From contig NW_027272210.1 in assembly GCF_040938485.1 (NCBI RefSeq), positions 62,001-126,000 of the forward strand: DNA of 64,000 nucleotides. Direction: 5' to 3'. The translations under genes and the position numbers were made by a program. This DNA comes from Diadema antillarum. Lineage: Eukaryota. Every line of letters starts with the position of its first letter. The first letter of the stretch is position 1. Under the pieces are notes generated by a model. The model had not been told where the DNA came from and ran no database searches. It worked only from the letters and a program-made list of their open reading frames with translations. Shown one piece after another: positions 24,602-45,727 of this stretch.

Positions 24602-26051
24602 TATAAGAGGCCTACACACAAATATCTTCTTGTTACTCTGCTCATCCCTGCTGTGAATGGAATACTGGCCACATCTATCAACAAATATGGAGAGATACTG
24701 TCCTGGTTTATCATTTGGCAACTTGAGTCAAATCACTGAAACAAATAAGATCATTTCATTGATGTTTATGTAGCATCCACTTTTAATAGCATAAATAGTA
24801 CAGTATTGCATTCAAGTCTGGTACAAAAACCACACGTCGATGCACAATCAGTTACATTGCATGATAACACATACAACCGTGCTTGTCTCTTTAGAGGGCA
24901 CATTGGAAGAGGTTTTCCACAAAATAATTGGTACCTAATAACAAACTCATAAATTATGTACCCTCACATCTTGTAAGGGCATAGAAATGCAAAAAGAACC
25001 GCAAAACAGCATAGGTGGGTGAATGAATCTTGAGTGAAATTAATCATTTATATACAATGTCCATAAACATCAAAACAGTTAGAAAGAGAGACTTTAAAAG
25101 AAAAAAAAAACTATTAAGAGCCTTTATTTTTTTTTCAAATTCTGAGCTGAGAGCAATCACTCTACAACAAGATCTTGAATTAATACCATCTTAATCATAA
25201 CTTATTGTAATCAGTGGATCATAGCAAATTCAATTGTGATTACTGTGATTACTGCAATACAGTGATTCATACCTTGACACATTAAAACAAACTTACAATA
25301 ACTGATTCTCATTCTGTTTGAACTACTCTCAAAGTGCTTTCAAAGTTTTGATGAATGAACATTTTGAACTTTTCACACCACACGTTTTCCTATTTCCATA
25401 ATGCAGAATGCTTTGTGCATAATTGACAATTCAAGCAATAAAACAGGAAGAGAAAAATATCTTATTATTCTTCAGTGGCAGGATGAAGCTAGAGTAGCAA
25501 TAAAAAAAATGAATGTGAAAAATGAAAATTATGCAGCAGCCCCTAAAACACATAAAACAACTACTTTGTGCAGTAACTGTGGTCATAACACACATTTCAG
25601 ACAATGTCCTGATATTCTGATAGCGGTCTGATAGTTCAGGAAAGCAAACAAAATAACAAACTTTTAAATAGTTCAAAGAGTAGCTACATGTCTGTATGAT
25701 TCACTTTTGTTTCTTTGTGGACCATACAAACTCAAGTTAGTCTTTGAACTCAAGACAATAATATATTCAGTAACACACACCACATAATAGATTCAAATGA
25801 AGTATAAAGGGAAGAGAAAAAAGGAGTAGATGCATATCTCTATGTGTTTGTGATTCTCCGATTTAGATATCTTTATGCACCATTTTCTGAAGTGAGGAAC
25901 TTTTAAGAAATAACTAACTTGCAGCTGATCAAGGCTTTATTTGTCCAGATATCTCTCTTTTACTTCAATGAAATTCATCTGCAGCAAAGTGCACACTTTT
26001 ACACATCTTTTGCCATTTATGCTAAATATTTCTCATGGATAATCTATATCT

Positions 26052-26090
26052 ACACACACACATGCACACACACACACACACACACACACC
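26052..26090. repeat. (CA)n microsatellite
   Basis: Direct repeat. Confidence 0.85.
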
Positions 26091-28242
26091 TATCACATGC
26101 ACTTTAATATTACAAAAGTTTCAATACACCACAATACAGGTAGAAAAGCATGTTTCTTAGAAACACAAATATATATCACATATTGCACTTTCTACAGAAA
26201 TAAGAATTCCAATAAATAATCATTCTATGCAAATAAAATTGAAGTATGTGAACATTCAATGAAAATATAAACAACATAATCTCATTTGTGCGAACACATC
26301 TATAATGTGTAATTAATATTCAAATCTAAGACAGCAAATATGTAAACACACACAAATATATACAAATCTACTTCATATACATATCTATCTCATGCGTATG
26401 CTCAGAAAAATATAAAAGTTGACGTAAAATGTATCAGATAACAAATCACACTGCACTACATCAGCTTTGCCGATCTGATGGCAGGTTTAAAGAAACCAGC
26501 ATACCCAGTGGATAACAACATGAAAAAAGGCTTCTCCTTTCTTCACTGAAATGTTAGTTTCCTTTTAGACAATCAAACCTAGTGGTAAGTTGTTGTAAAA
26601 TTGAGAAGTTCCTGATATAATCATACTCAAAAGTACTGATGTCAACTTGCATATGCCTTGAAAAGCATTAACTGTGATTACCATTGTGCATTTTTAAAGT
26701 TCTCTTGATATTTGCTATTGTTCATGCATTCTGTATTTAAACATAATTACAGCATGTGCTGCATTAAACTGCAAAACTATTGCAGAACCATCTTCGTGAT
26801 TGTGCAGTATCGAGTAAACGTTTAGACACCATATTACAACGGAGTTGCACATTTTGTGATGCATTTTTTCATGTATTTCACACAGAGACCATGTACAAAA
26901 CAGTATCAAAACAGTCTTGTCAAATATTCATATGCCTCCTTTTACATTGCTCTGTAATGTTTCACTGATAGCATTTCTTTTTTCTTGACAGTGTAAATAT
27001 ATTGAATGTTTGTGGTTTAATGTGTATTCAAGAGTTCTCATGTTGGCATTAAATAATAACAGCAAAATTCCTTTTTTGTGTGTGTTTCTTGTGTTTTTTT
27101 TTAATTCCATTTGAAAAAAAAAAGATGATCAGCATTGATTACTGCCATTTCTCTATTGATAATGATAACTATAAGGTAATTATGAAATAGCAATCAGTGG
27201 TTGATCAAAACAGCACTTGCTTGCCTTTACAGATGATCTCATACAACACCAAAACTAATAATTGCCCAGCTTGTTTCTGTTCCTTGAATAGAGGCAGAAT
27301 AGATATCATCCATTAAAAAGCAAATGTTTTTGCATATAGAATTGAATATGCAAATCACATAAAAGATAACCACGACTTTAAGCAGCTATTCGATACATAT
27401 GTATGTATGTGCTTTCACTCCGGTTCAGAATACAGCTTTACACCTGTACCACAGAGATGTTTCATCATGGGGTTCACTCTCACAAGTTACTCTGACGAGG
27501 TCTATGACAATTCTTTGACAATTCAAACTTCACCTAGCAAGTGTCACTGTACCACAGCCTAGATGCAAACTCTAGATTGTATTGCAATGTGAACACTCCA
27601 TCAATTATAATAATGAAAAAGAATTAGATTTCATGATTGTAACATAACCTTAATTTCACTCACCAGTCAATGCTTCTTGTGCAATTGGTTTAAAAGGGAA
27701 AAAACTGTTCTAAATACTTGGCAATGATTTGTCAACTACACAAGTGTGAGCTGCCTATAATCCAACAGCTCCAGTGTTTTCAGCTTCAAAACATTGATAG
27801 ATTTGAGATATCGCCTCCAGCGACTCTTCTTGGTAGAGGCATAAAAACCCCTACAGTATTACAGATTACAATGAATCATAAGTCATGGTAAGCAAGTTTA
27901 AATTTATATCAAGTCTACCTATTGTACTGACTTTTGTCACACAAACCTGTATATATAGAAGTACATAAAAGTAATAATGCTTATCCAATTTTGCCTCTAT
28001 TTCTACTGATAGCTTGCATAATCACTCGTGTCTGAAGCACTTTGCATCCCATTATAACATACCAGTCCAATGATGGATGTCATTGGTAGGCCTATTGTTA
28101 CCATGGTGATTAAGGTGCCATCACCCAGTGCAGAGACAAGTATAGGCAGAATAGTTTGATGTCGCGTGGAGGCAGATTCGTATGAGGAGACCATTGGGGG
28201 TATAGGAAGAGGAGGAGATGAGTGTGGGAGCTAACGCAATTC

Positions 28243-36184
<7,942 letters not shown>

Positions 36185-36351
36185 CTTGCTGAGAATGTAC
36201 AATTTCGTGATGCCGACAAGCGACAGCTGACAACGTAACGTTGTCCGAAGAAGACAGTTCAGTTATATATGCTGTCCGTTCCGTTTCTCAGCAGACAGTG
36301 AAGACATGGTCACACACTCACACTGAAAGAAACATGTCCAACCTTCGACAT

Positions 36352-37575
36352 CTTGTAGAGAAAACACATCAGTTGGTAGGCTCCACTTGATCAGTGTTAG
36401 ACAGTCCAATTTGCTGGCTATTTTGCTCTACGACTCCGCACCCATGACCTTCTAGGCTCAGCTAGTCATCATGGCCGATGTGATGATGTGACCCGGCAGA
36501 CCGCTCCTCCCATTTTCATTTTCGATGCTCGCTCAGTAGCTAGCTAGCTAGCTAGCTACATCAAACGAGCAGCATTATCATACTCGGCTCAGCTCATAGG
36601 CAGTGCCAAAACATCAGCTGTGAGGAGCTAGCTAGCTAACTAACTCGCCCGCCGGCGCCCAGCAGCATACAAGCGCTTGCTATCTTCATACGACGTGAAA
36701 GGCTTGATTCATCATCAACGCCTGTGTTGTTGTTATTCTTCTCTCTCCTCCAAAAACGAACGATATGCGACAGTCACGTCTGTGGATGTTGGTCGAAACC
36801 ATTTTAGTGACTCTACGATCAGTGTTTATGAAATAACACAGTATTTAGTGGAAGGTCTACCTTTGCATCAGACTTTACTTACATTTCACAACATCAAATA
36901 GAAAAGGGAAGTTTGCCTCTACTGACGACATGCGTATATTATGCCGAAACATGACAAATTACAGTTTTCTGGGTAGAAGATGCCCGTTTTGAAATAAACT
37001 CGTCATGCATTTTTCTTCCGGGATGAATACAGCTTGCCTAAGTTTGTAAGATTAAATTTTAAAACCAGTCAAGCTAATGGGTGCTCGCTGCGTGGACCAT
37101 TGTCACTATTTAAAATTTATCACCAGCTTAAGCGTATTCACTTATTAGCAGAGCGCATGTGAATTGCCTTCCAGCGTGTTGATGTTGTGTCTTTTCCACC
37201 TCCCTGGTCCACCGTACCGATACCCTGCACCTCTATGGAGCTCCGCCTGCCTCGTCCGTACATCTCTTAGCGTAGTAGTACACATTTGTATTGTATAGAC
37301 TACGTACTGTAGTATCAACGCTTCGGCCAGGGACCTCCCTGCATGTTGCTTCGGCGTTGGTTTCGATGCTCGCGATCGCGACGCTCGACGCGATTAAACC
37401 TCTTTATACCAGCGGCGGAGATTGTGCGATCGATCAAGCTCAACGATGACTTTCTACACATAAACACGCTGTTTTCGAACAGTGGCACTCCACAGCCTTA
37501 CACTTCACTCATTACTATGAACATAATGAATAGGATATAGTGTGGAGGTGATACTGAATTCCGTTCATTTTGCAG
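36352..37575. promoter_or_regulatory. CpG-rich divergent promoter region shared by PTGR2 (-) and the Shroom-like gene (+)
   Basis: Head-to-head coding exons; visibly CpG-rich against CpG-poor flanks; (AGCT)n tracts at ~36537-36558 and ~36626-36640. Confidence 0.6.
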
Positions 37576-37731
37576 GTTACTCGAGATATGTCCAGATTCT
37601 TCAACATGGATGAAATTGGTGAGCTGATACAATCTGGCCAAACGATCGAAGTGGTCTTGCAGGGCGGCGCTCCGTGGGGATTCTCTCTGAAAGGCGGTGC
37701 GGAGCATCACTGCCCGTTGACAATAGCGAAG
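37576..37731 (+). CDS. Shroom: First PDZ-coding exon of a Shroom-family (or related N-terminal PDZ) protein; the rest lies beyond the window
   Basis: ttttgcAG|...|GTAGGT, 156 nt, phase 0 at both ends; ATGs at 37588 and 37606; ...[29 protein letters not shown] closely resembles vertebrate SHROOM2/3/4 [25 protein letters not shown], with a phase-0 intron at the same place as I recall for SHROOM3. The PDZ call is solid; Shroom versus PDLIM/SYNPO2 is less certain. Confidence 0.75.
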
Positions 37732-40700
37732 GTAGGTTCATCCGTAGATTTGTACGTAGTATTGATGTGCTTTCCAAACGCATTGTAAATGCATGAGTCA
37801 CGTCTGTGATTTAGTTGTAAATTCTGATCTGGAATTTGTGCAGAGTAATGGCCAGTGTTTCTTATAATGTAACCGGCGTCATCAGGCCAATACTGGTCTG
37901 AAACTTGCCTGGGTCCCGCTGCTGCACTGCCTGGTCACGCTGGTACAGTGGTAGTGGTAGTCACTGACACTGGTGGGCTGGGGCAGTCAGTGCAGGGAGG
38001 TGCCCAATAAACACAGTGCATGTAGTAGTTGAGCTCGCCTGGTCTTGGTATGAATGAAAATGATGAAATTATGGTCATATCATATAGACAATTATTTGAT
38101 ATAAATAGCATGGTCGACAAAGGAAAAAAAAAAGTGGTGTCATAGACATAATTTTGGGATTTTGATCATGATCATGACTCTACTACGAACGTTTAACGTG
38201 TTAATGGGTAAATTCTAACTGTACTGTAGTAAAACGGATTTTTGTCCTTAACACTTAACAGTAAAAAGTCCTGTAAAAGTCCTTAAGTAGTAAAAGAGAT
38301 TCAAACTCAATCAAGTTACAGTGGCCACTAAAAGTGGTCAATGACAAATATTAGTAAGTGCATGGCCCAGCATGCATTAGTTGTGCTGAAAATGCAGTGC
38401 ATCATTCTTTTTATATGTGCTGCTTCTGTTCTGTGCATGAGCCGCTTGCTGCGTTGTGCAAGTTCACAGTGTGCACCATCTAAAGATACCAAGCAAATCA
38501 TGTTTGATATCTCAATGTTGCAGACAAAAGTTATGATTGTTTGATTGACTTACTTACTTGGATATACATGTACTTGGGTGTAGAGACTGGAAGCAAAGCT
38601 TATTTGTCCCTTGTTACTGTTCTGTCCTGTCTCTGGTAGGGTTCGTACTTGATTGGATTGTTTCTCCAGTATCTTTCTAGGCAAGACTTGAATTGGTTTA
38701 TGGTGGTAGCGATTTAAAATCTGATGATGAATTAAAATCAAACATACAATGTATGTACTTTGAATAAACATGATGAAGAAGCCTCGAATCAAACATAAGT
38801 GCCTGAAATCAAAAGTAAATTAGCTTTCATCAACTCCTTGACAACCAACATGGCTGCTGTAATAGATCTAGCCTAGCTAGGTGTGGAGAAAGATATTGAG
38901 AGGCATTTCAGTCGGGAGAAATTTCCTGTGACAGATCTCAGCCTCTTGTTTCCTACACACTTTCCTACTACACTGTCACTTCCGCACCTCCATTGACAGG
39001 CAACATGATTTGCATCCCGGTAGAGCTGCCAAGGAGCTGTGATTGAGATTACTGCAACAAGCAACAAATAACAAGTAACAGGTCATGCCAACCTGCAAAT
39101 TGCAGATTTAATCCCAGAGGTGCTTGGGCCCAAAATCACATGCAATATATCAAGTACTGCCCTGTACCATGTAGATACTGATATTTTTGCTGCACACTGT
39201 ACTGGTTAGTGCTTGATACAAGTAGCATTGGCACAATACATGATGTACATCAATCTGTAACATCAAGTTCGTAAAAAAACAAAAACAAAAACAAAAAACA
39301 AAACAAAACTTCTGTTTGATGTCAAACATGAAATCAAACAACTTTTTTTTCTTCAGCCAATCAGAATCAAGGGGGAAAGTGATTTGGATTTAGGCTTGTC
39401 CATGCATATATTTGTTTTATTCAATCTGCTTGTGTAAAAATATTGTGCATTGACACAAAAATCAGTTGATTGATCTTTGTTTCACATTCAAAAACTAATG
39501 ATGCCACTTTACAGATTTTTTTTTTTTGTGAAAGATTTTATCTTTCTACTTCAATACACTACAGGTATGCTGTTGTTATACATTTTTAACGATCAGTTTG
39601 TGATCTTGTGAGTTGGAATTTGAATGTATTGTTGCCTTCCAAAACAAACAAGTAAATTGGTAGTGTGGACTATACACAAGTGCTGGTGGTGGCGCAATAA
39701 AAGATTGAGTTCGGAATAATCAAGAGTACTGTCTGTTCTGTACAAATTAGCCATTATTTACAAAACACTGATGCAGTCAATGGGCCTCAAAGAAATTCCA
39801 TTTAATGTATGAGTGATGAAAGAAGAAATAACAGTAAATAGTTTTACCATCAGGCCAATTGTACAGCATAAACTTTATGAAATGAGGAAAGACATTAAAA
39901 GTTTAATCATGCACATACAATGTACATAGTACACGATATGTACATTGACAGAATATTAATGATATGCCGGGCTAATAAATGCTCAGTTAGTGGTGGGTCA
40001 AAGTTCACTCCTACTGCAACCTTGTGCCTTCAAGACTGAGTGTACAATGTATGTTTCGCCATGAAACATCTAATTGTTCACGAAGCATGGCAAACAACAT
40101 GGCAGGTCGCAGATTTGTGTTCCTGGGCATGTCGAATATCAAAGGTTACCTCACACAGACATTACATGCAAGGTATACAATTGTGTGCTTGTTTTAGTGC
40201 GGGAACTAAATTTCACTACCTTTGTAAACTTGGCCTGTACACTTTCTATGTCTGCTATTGCAATAGTGAAATCAAATAAATAGATATTTTTGTGAATCTA
40301 TTCGAGACAAACAAATGGAAAGTTTTGACTATGTTGTACAGACACAAGTAAAAAAAAAAATTGAATGGTGTGTCATCGCTTTGGTTCCTCAAAGTGGCCA
40401 TCTTGGCTCAAATGGCATTATGATGGCCAGCACAAGGTATATTCCTCATTATTTAGCCACTGTAGAGGACCTGTTGGTTTTTATTCATTATAGTGTCTAT
40501 TATAAACAAACATAGAAACAGAACAATGCATAAACATTCAAATCAATTAGAAAGTAGTTATTCCTGCTATCAAGTTTAATAAGTGTTGAAGTTAAATATT
40601 AAAATGATTTAGATAAAAGATCAGGTATGGTAGATGGTGATAAAGCAGTTCTTGTATACATATCTTCTTTCTCTGATGTATATTCCAAAATGGTCTTTGC

Positions 40701-42149
40701 AAAAATTGTCTGCGAACTATCAGAAATAATTTAGATTATAGATTTCAACAGAAGGCGTATATCAGAGGAGGATATGATTTGAAAATATGAAATTTTCAAA
40801 ATATTTTACATTGGGTATAATGAGAACATGTCAGACTTTTCTGTTCATGATGACCAGGTGATTTGTACAATGTAAGTGAAAGGGAAACATTTCATGTGTT
40901 AACACCCAACAATTGGGTTATTTTCTCTCTTTGTTGTTAAATTCTGCACGAGTCCAGGGTAAGTACCACAAGTTTCGTAAAGATTTTTGTTGTTGATGGC
41001 ACGTTACACTAAGGTGTTCTAAGGGATACAAATGTAAGTGGGCAAAAATGATCATTCAGTCGATAGAAAGAAATAAGAATCAATGTACAATATATTCGTA
41101 GTACTTAGAAATATAAGAGAGAACGAGAGAGCCAAGAGGATGATGGAAAGAAAAAGAGTGAGGGAGAGATGAAACAGCTGGTAGAAGTATTTGAATTTGA
41201 AAGTCGTATCACATATGGCAAAGACATCTGAGTAATACTGTGAAATGCAGAGGGTAAAGGGGCAATTGTGAGATCATTGATAATGTCCATGGGGAATTGC
41301 ATTGATCGGAAGCTGTTGAAAGTTATGTTATTACCTTGCTGTGCATGTGGATGGAAGATGCTGCTGCCCCCACACTTTTTTAAAACTTCCAATAAATTAT
41401 GCAGGCATAAAAAAAGCAAAAAACAAACAAACAAACAAACAAACAAAAAACTTTTGCCATTGACACCATACCTAACATAGCTTATATGTACAGCAAGGGG
41501 AAGCACGGGCAGTTGCTGCCAAGGGGCTGGCACAACATGCCTTATTATGGGACAAATACTAATATACACTTTTTGACATGAAATAAAATGTTTTATGTGA
41601 AAATGTTATAGTACACATTTGTAGATAAAAGTACACTTTCAAGGAATAAAGCATAGGGAATTACTTTGCCCCCTCCTAGAAACTTTCCAGCCTTGCATGA
41701 TACAGTCCAGTGTTGTGCATTAAAATGTTCACAGAGAACTTGAGCACTGTTCTTGGTCCTGGGGCTCCCCAACATTACAGAACATTTTCAATCATGGGCA
41801 TTGTCTGTTCCACAGGCAAAGTCTAAAACACAGGCGGGGGTTCTCTCTGGGAGGTAGAACATTATACACTTTAAAGGTGTCATTAGGGGCAGTTTTATAA
41901 GCTATGAAAGACTATAGTTTTCCTCAAATTGTGGGCTTTAGGTGAACATTGCTTTACAATATCCCATGTCACAAAAAGAAAGAAAGAAAGAAAAGAAAAC
42001 ACATCCTGAGTTAGTCTATTTTCTGTAATGCTTCTGGTCTTCTACAGAACTTTGCCAATGGAAATGATTACTCTGTACTAAAGAAAATTTATCAGTATGT
42101 TGTTTAGGACAAGATTCTTTGACTTCATTACCGGTATTTACAACATTGA

Positions 42150-42356
42150 AATAATATTTTTGTGTACAGATATTTTCGCTAATGAGGAAGACACAAACAT
42201 TTTTGCAAGATGTTGTTTTCGCGAATTGACACAGAGGCCATCATAAGTGCACTATTTACCTTAGTGCATGATGACACTCTCGCGTGTTGTTCAATTCGAG
42301 GTCCAATTGTGATTCGCGAAAATTAAACCCTCATGAAAGTAACGTCTTATATAGTA
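42150..42356. mobile_element. Degenerate TA-flanked MITE
   Basis: ttttcgcgaa / ttcgcgaaaattaaa motifs and a right end tatagta. Confidence 0.5.
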
Positions 42357-44075
42357 TTCAAAGCTGCTGTTCAGGAACAAGTGAAAGATGTGTTATTATG
42401 CCCTTGTAATTTGTATGCACTTGGTAGTTATGCGTGATTCTTATGCAAGTCAGTGCAGATTAGAAGCTTTCAGGTTTCAGCCATGGGTTGTAGCCAACTT
42501 CATTGGCTTGACCCATTTTGACCTCAATGATGGAAAGATACTATCAGTTTATGCTTAGATGATCAAATTTTTTTCATTTCATTCATTTCATTTCATTTTA
42601 TTCATTTCCAACAATACAAAACATTTACATGTTAGACGCATAATTGCAGGGGGCTTTCTATACGACGAAGGGATCATTGCCATTCATTGGAAAAAAGTAT
42701 TTAAGTTTAAAACCAGTGGGCTGATAACAGAACATACAGATGACTTAATTTCAGATGTACATTTTTCAAGATGGGAGTCTCATCTGGTAGACTCTCTTCT
42801 GTCCAGAGGAATTCTCAATAGAACCTTCTGAAACCATGGCAACAGCACAGCGTTATTGACCTGGGGAGAAAGTAATCTAATACAAAAGTATGACTCAATG
42901 GGCAGCTGAAGTGACGTGGAGAGCATGTAAGCTGTACTGTAGTTGTTCAGGTTATTTAATCATTGTCAACTGTGAAACCATAGCATCCACAGCACTTGCT
43001 CCCCCCCCCCCCCAATATTCACAAATTTTGTGTTAGGAAATGGCTGTCACAATGTGTGAAATATCATCTTGCATGAGACCAAGCTGCCAGCTGTCATAAT
43101 AATGAAGAGATTGATTTCTTTATTATTGTATACTATTTTTGAAGTGTGGCAAGAAAGCAGTCATGGGGCTTACATAATGATGCAAATATTAGAAGTTTAT
43201 ATAATTGTGATCTATATTTTATATATTGCCCTTCAGAACTACACTGTAGTGTCTCAAAATGCCACAGCTCCTGTACATTATAAACTTGCTTTGGTATCAA
43301 TTGAGTTCATTTCCAAAATTCATTTGTTTATGTTGTTATTTTAATGCTTCTTTTAGATTTAAAGATTCTTTTTCCACATTGTATGGGAAGAATGCAAAGC
43401 ATCTTTACATTTAATGACCATATGAGAAAGAGCCATCATACAAATGTGAGTAACATACAATGTATACTGACATATTACCAACATTGACATACATTGTATC
43501 TTTGACACCCAAACTGCAACAGATCGTCTTACTTGATTTGAGAGTCATTCAAGTTGTCTCATAGTAGTTACTCCTGCCTGCATGGGTCTGTTTAAAATTA
43601 TGTAACATTAGAAATATATTGGTAACTACAAGCATATAGTGTGTATATATTTTGCTATTAGAGTCCCTGCAATTGGGAATAAATCTGTTCATGCAGTCAA
43701 CCATTCAGAAAAGAATTATGGCAGTTTTATTTGACTTGACATACGGTGTACCATTCCTAGCTACTGTACATGTATGTTGCATACAACACACAGGCTTAAC
43801 GGGTACCGTAACTGAGCTTTTCCATTTGCCAGCTACTGAGGATTTCTCCCACAGAAACTGACTCACTGCAGTAGAAGATGATGACTCATCAGCCAAGCAG
43901 CATCACTATTATAATTTATGGCCAAAATGTGATACAACATGGGGAAGCAGCACTTTAATATTGTTGCAGGCAACTGACGAATGCCATACAGGAATGAAAG
44001 AAGTGAATATATTTTAGTACAAGCTTCTTTTTTGTTCCCCAATAGAAGTGGTGTAATTCTAGCCAGGGTATACAT

Positions 44076-44246
44076 TACTGTAAAAACAAAATATTTTTGT
44101 AGCATGAAATTTTTGCGAGTTGCCTCTGACATTCAATGCATGTACTGTATACAAAAACTTTCGCGTGTTTTTTAATTTTATGAATCATGGCTCTCACGAA
44201 ATATGTGAAATTAAAATGCATGAGAACATTCCTCGTTTTACACAGT
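44076..44246. mobile_element. TA-flanked MITE (Tc2-like ends)
   Basis: TACTGTAAAAAC...cctcgttttacacagt; homologous to 17546, 54063 and 56392. Confidence 0.8.
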
Positions 44247-44759
44247 GGTCTTGACTTAGAGTGCAAATATGATATGACTTAGTGTTTAAATGGTAGATGT
44301 ATGTCCATCGTCATATCATATTTTCACTTTATGTTTAGCATTGTGTGAAAATATACTTGTAGGAAATATCATGGTTGCTTTGATGTGGGTTATATCTTGA
44401 TCTGCTGTTTTCGCATCACGATGGCTACCCACACTACATTGAATTGGTTTATAAATTCTGAATTTTTTGAAGACTCCTCAATATTTCGATCACAAGTTGA
44501 GATGGAGATGCATTACAAACGTACCTTAATGCCTCTCATATTTCCTACTTACAGTTATCTAGTTTCCTTACAAATCAGTTGAACAAAGTACAGGAAAGGA
44601 AAAACTCAAGAGCAGTATCACTTCCAATTTTCTTTAACAGAGCAGATCCATTTTTCTTTAAAAATTTACTATGAATTACAGCTATGTTATCTAGTAGTAT
44701 TCTCTGATGTAAGGTCTTAGAAGTTGCAGTAAAGCACAAGCAAGAGCTACAAACTTAAT

Positions 44760-45066
44760 GGACTGAATTTACGAAGGTGGTACAAACTTGTTCGTGGTTT
44801 AAACCGTGGACAAAGATCGTAGTCTTTTATGGAGCGCCAAGTGTCGCATGGCCTATTTCGTTACGAAATCAGTCATTTCGTTGACGAAATGACCATTTCA
44901 TTAATGAAATGTTCATTTTGTTATGAAATGTTGTCATTTCATTGACGAAATGACTGATTTCGTAACGAAATAGGCCATGCGACACTTGGCACCCCATAAA
45001 AAACTATGGTCTTTGTCTGTGGTTTAAACCATGGACAAGATTGTACCACCTTTGTGAATTCGGGCC
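44760..45066. mobile_element. PIF/Harbinger-type MITE, almost fully palindromic
   Basis: Ends ggactgaatttacgaaggtggtac / gtaccacctttgtgaattcgggcc; long inner inverted repeat gccaagtgtcgcatggcctatttcgttacgaaatcagtcatttcgt and its complement. Confidence 0.8.
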
Positions 45067-45727
45067 ATTGACTCCAAACTTACTTGAGAGTGACACCCCA
45101 AGTTGACAGTGCTTCGTGAGTTTCTTGAGTAATGAGGACATGCCTTAAAGGTAGGGGATACCTTTTACAGACCTCCCAAAATGCAGCAAAACATCAAATA
45201 TGAACCTCAGGGGACTTGCTTAGGCCACTGCTTAGAAATTTGGAAGTCAACAGTTATCTAAAATTTGAATGATGCACAAAACTCAACTACTCAGTAGTTC
45301 TGTGTGTCAGCCACACTTAAGCCTTTTTGTTGCATTCTTCTGTATTTGTGATCTATAAACACAAATCTAAAAGTACGAGAGCTGATGTAATAACATATAG
45401 AGTGTGTGGCAAGAATGTATATAGAACTGTTTTGTAAGTTTTGATGAACTTTCTTTACAAAATATACATGATGGACACACATGCGGTGCATGGGTCTGCA
45501 AAGGTAGCCTAGTAATGTACTGGAATTTACGGTGAGCCCCGAAAAAAATTCAATTCAAAATCTAACGGTCAAAAAAATGTACTAAATGTTACCTTCCACT
45601 TTCAATACTTTATGGGAGTTTCTAAAATGATACTCTCTTCAACATGCCACTGTATTTATACAACTCTTCATTTAAGGCATACAAATGGGATTCCCTACCT
45701 TTAACTTTATAAGTTTTTTAGTCACAA

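Noticed and set aside
28003-28194. 63-aa ORF in the PTGR2 3'UTR
   Set aside because: Short, no motif, and not in frame with stop-codon readthrough (TGA is followed by TAG two codons later).
41110-41235. Charged peptide KYKRERESQEDDGKK...ITYGKDI* after a possible acceptor
   Set aside because: It does not continue the PDZ fold, the acceptor is weak, and the purine-rich composition explains the protein-like look.
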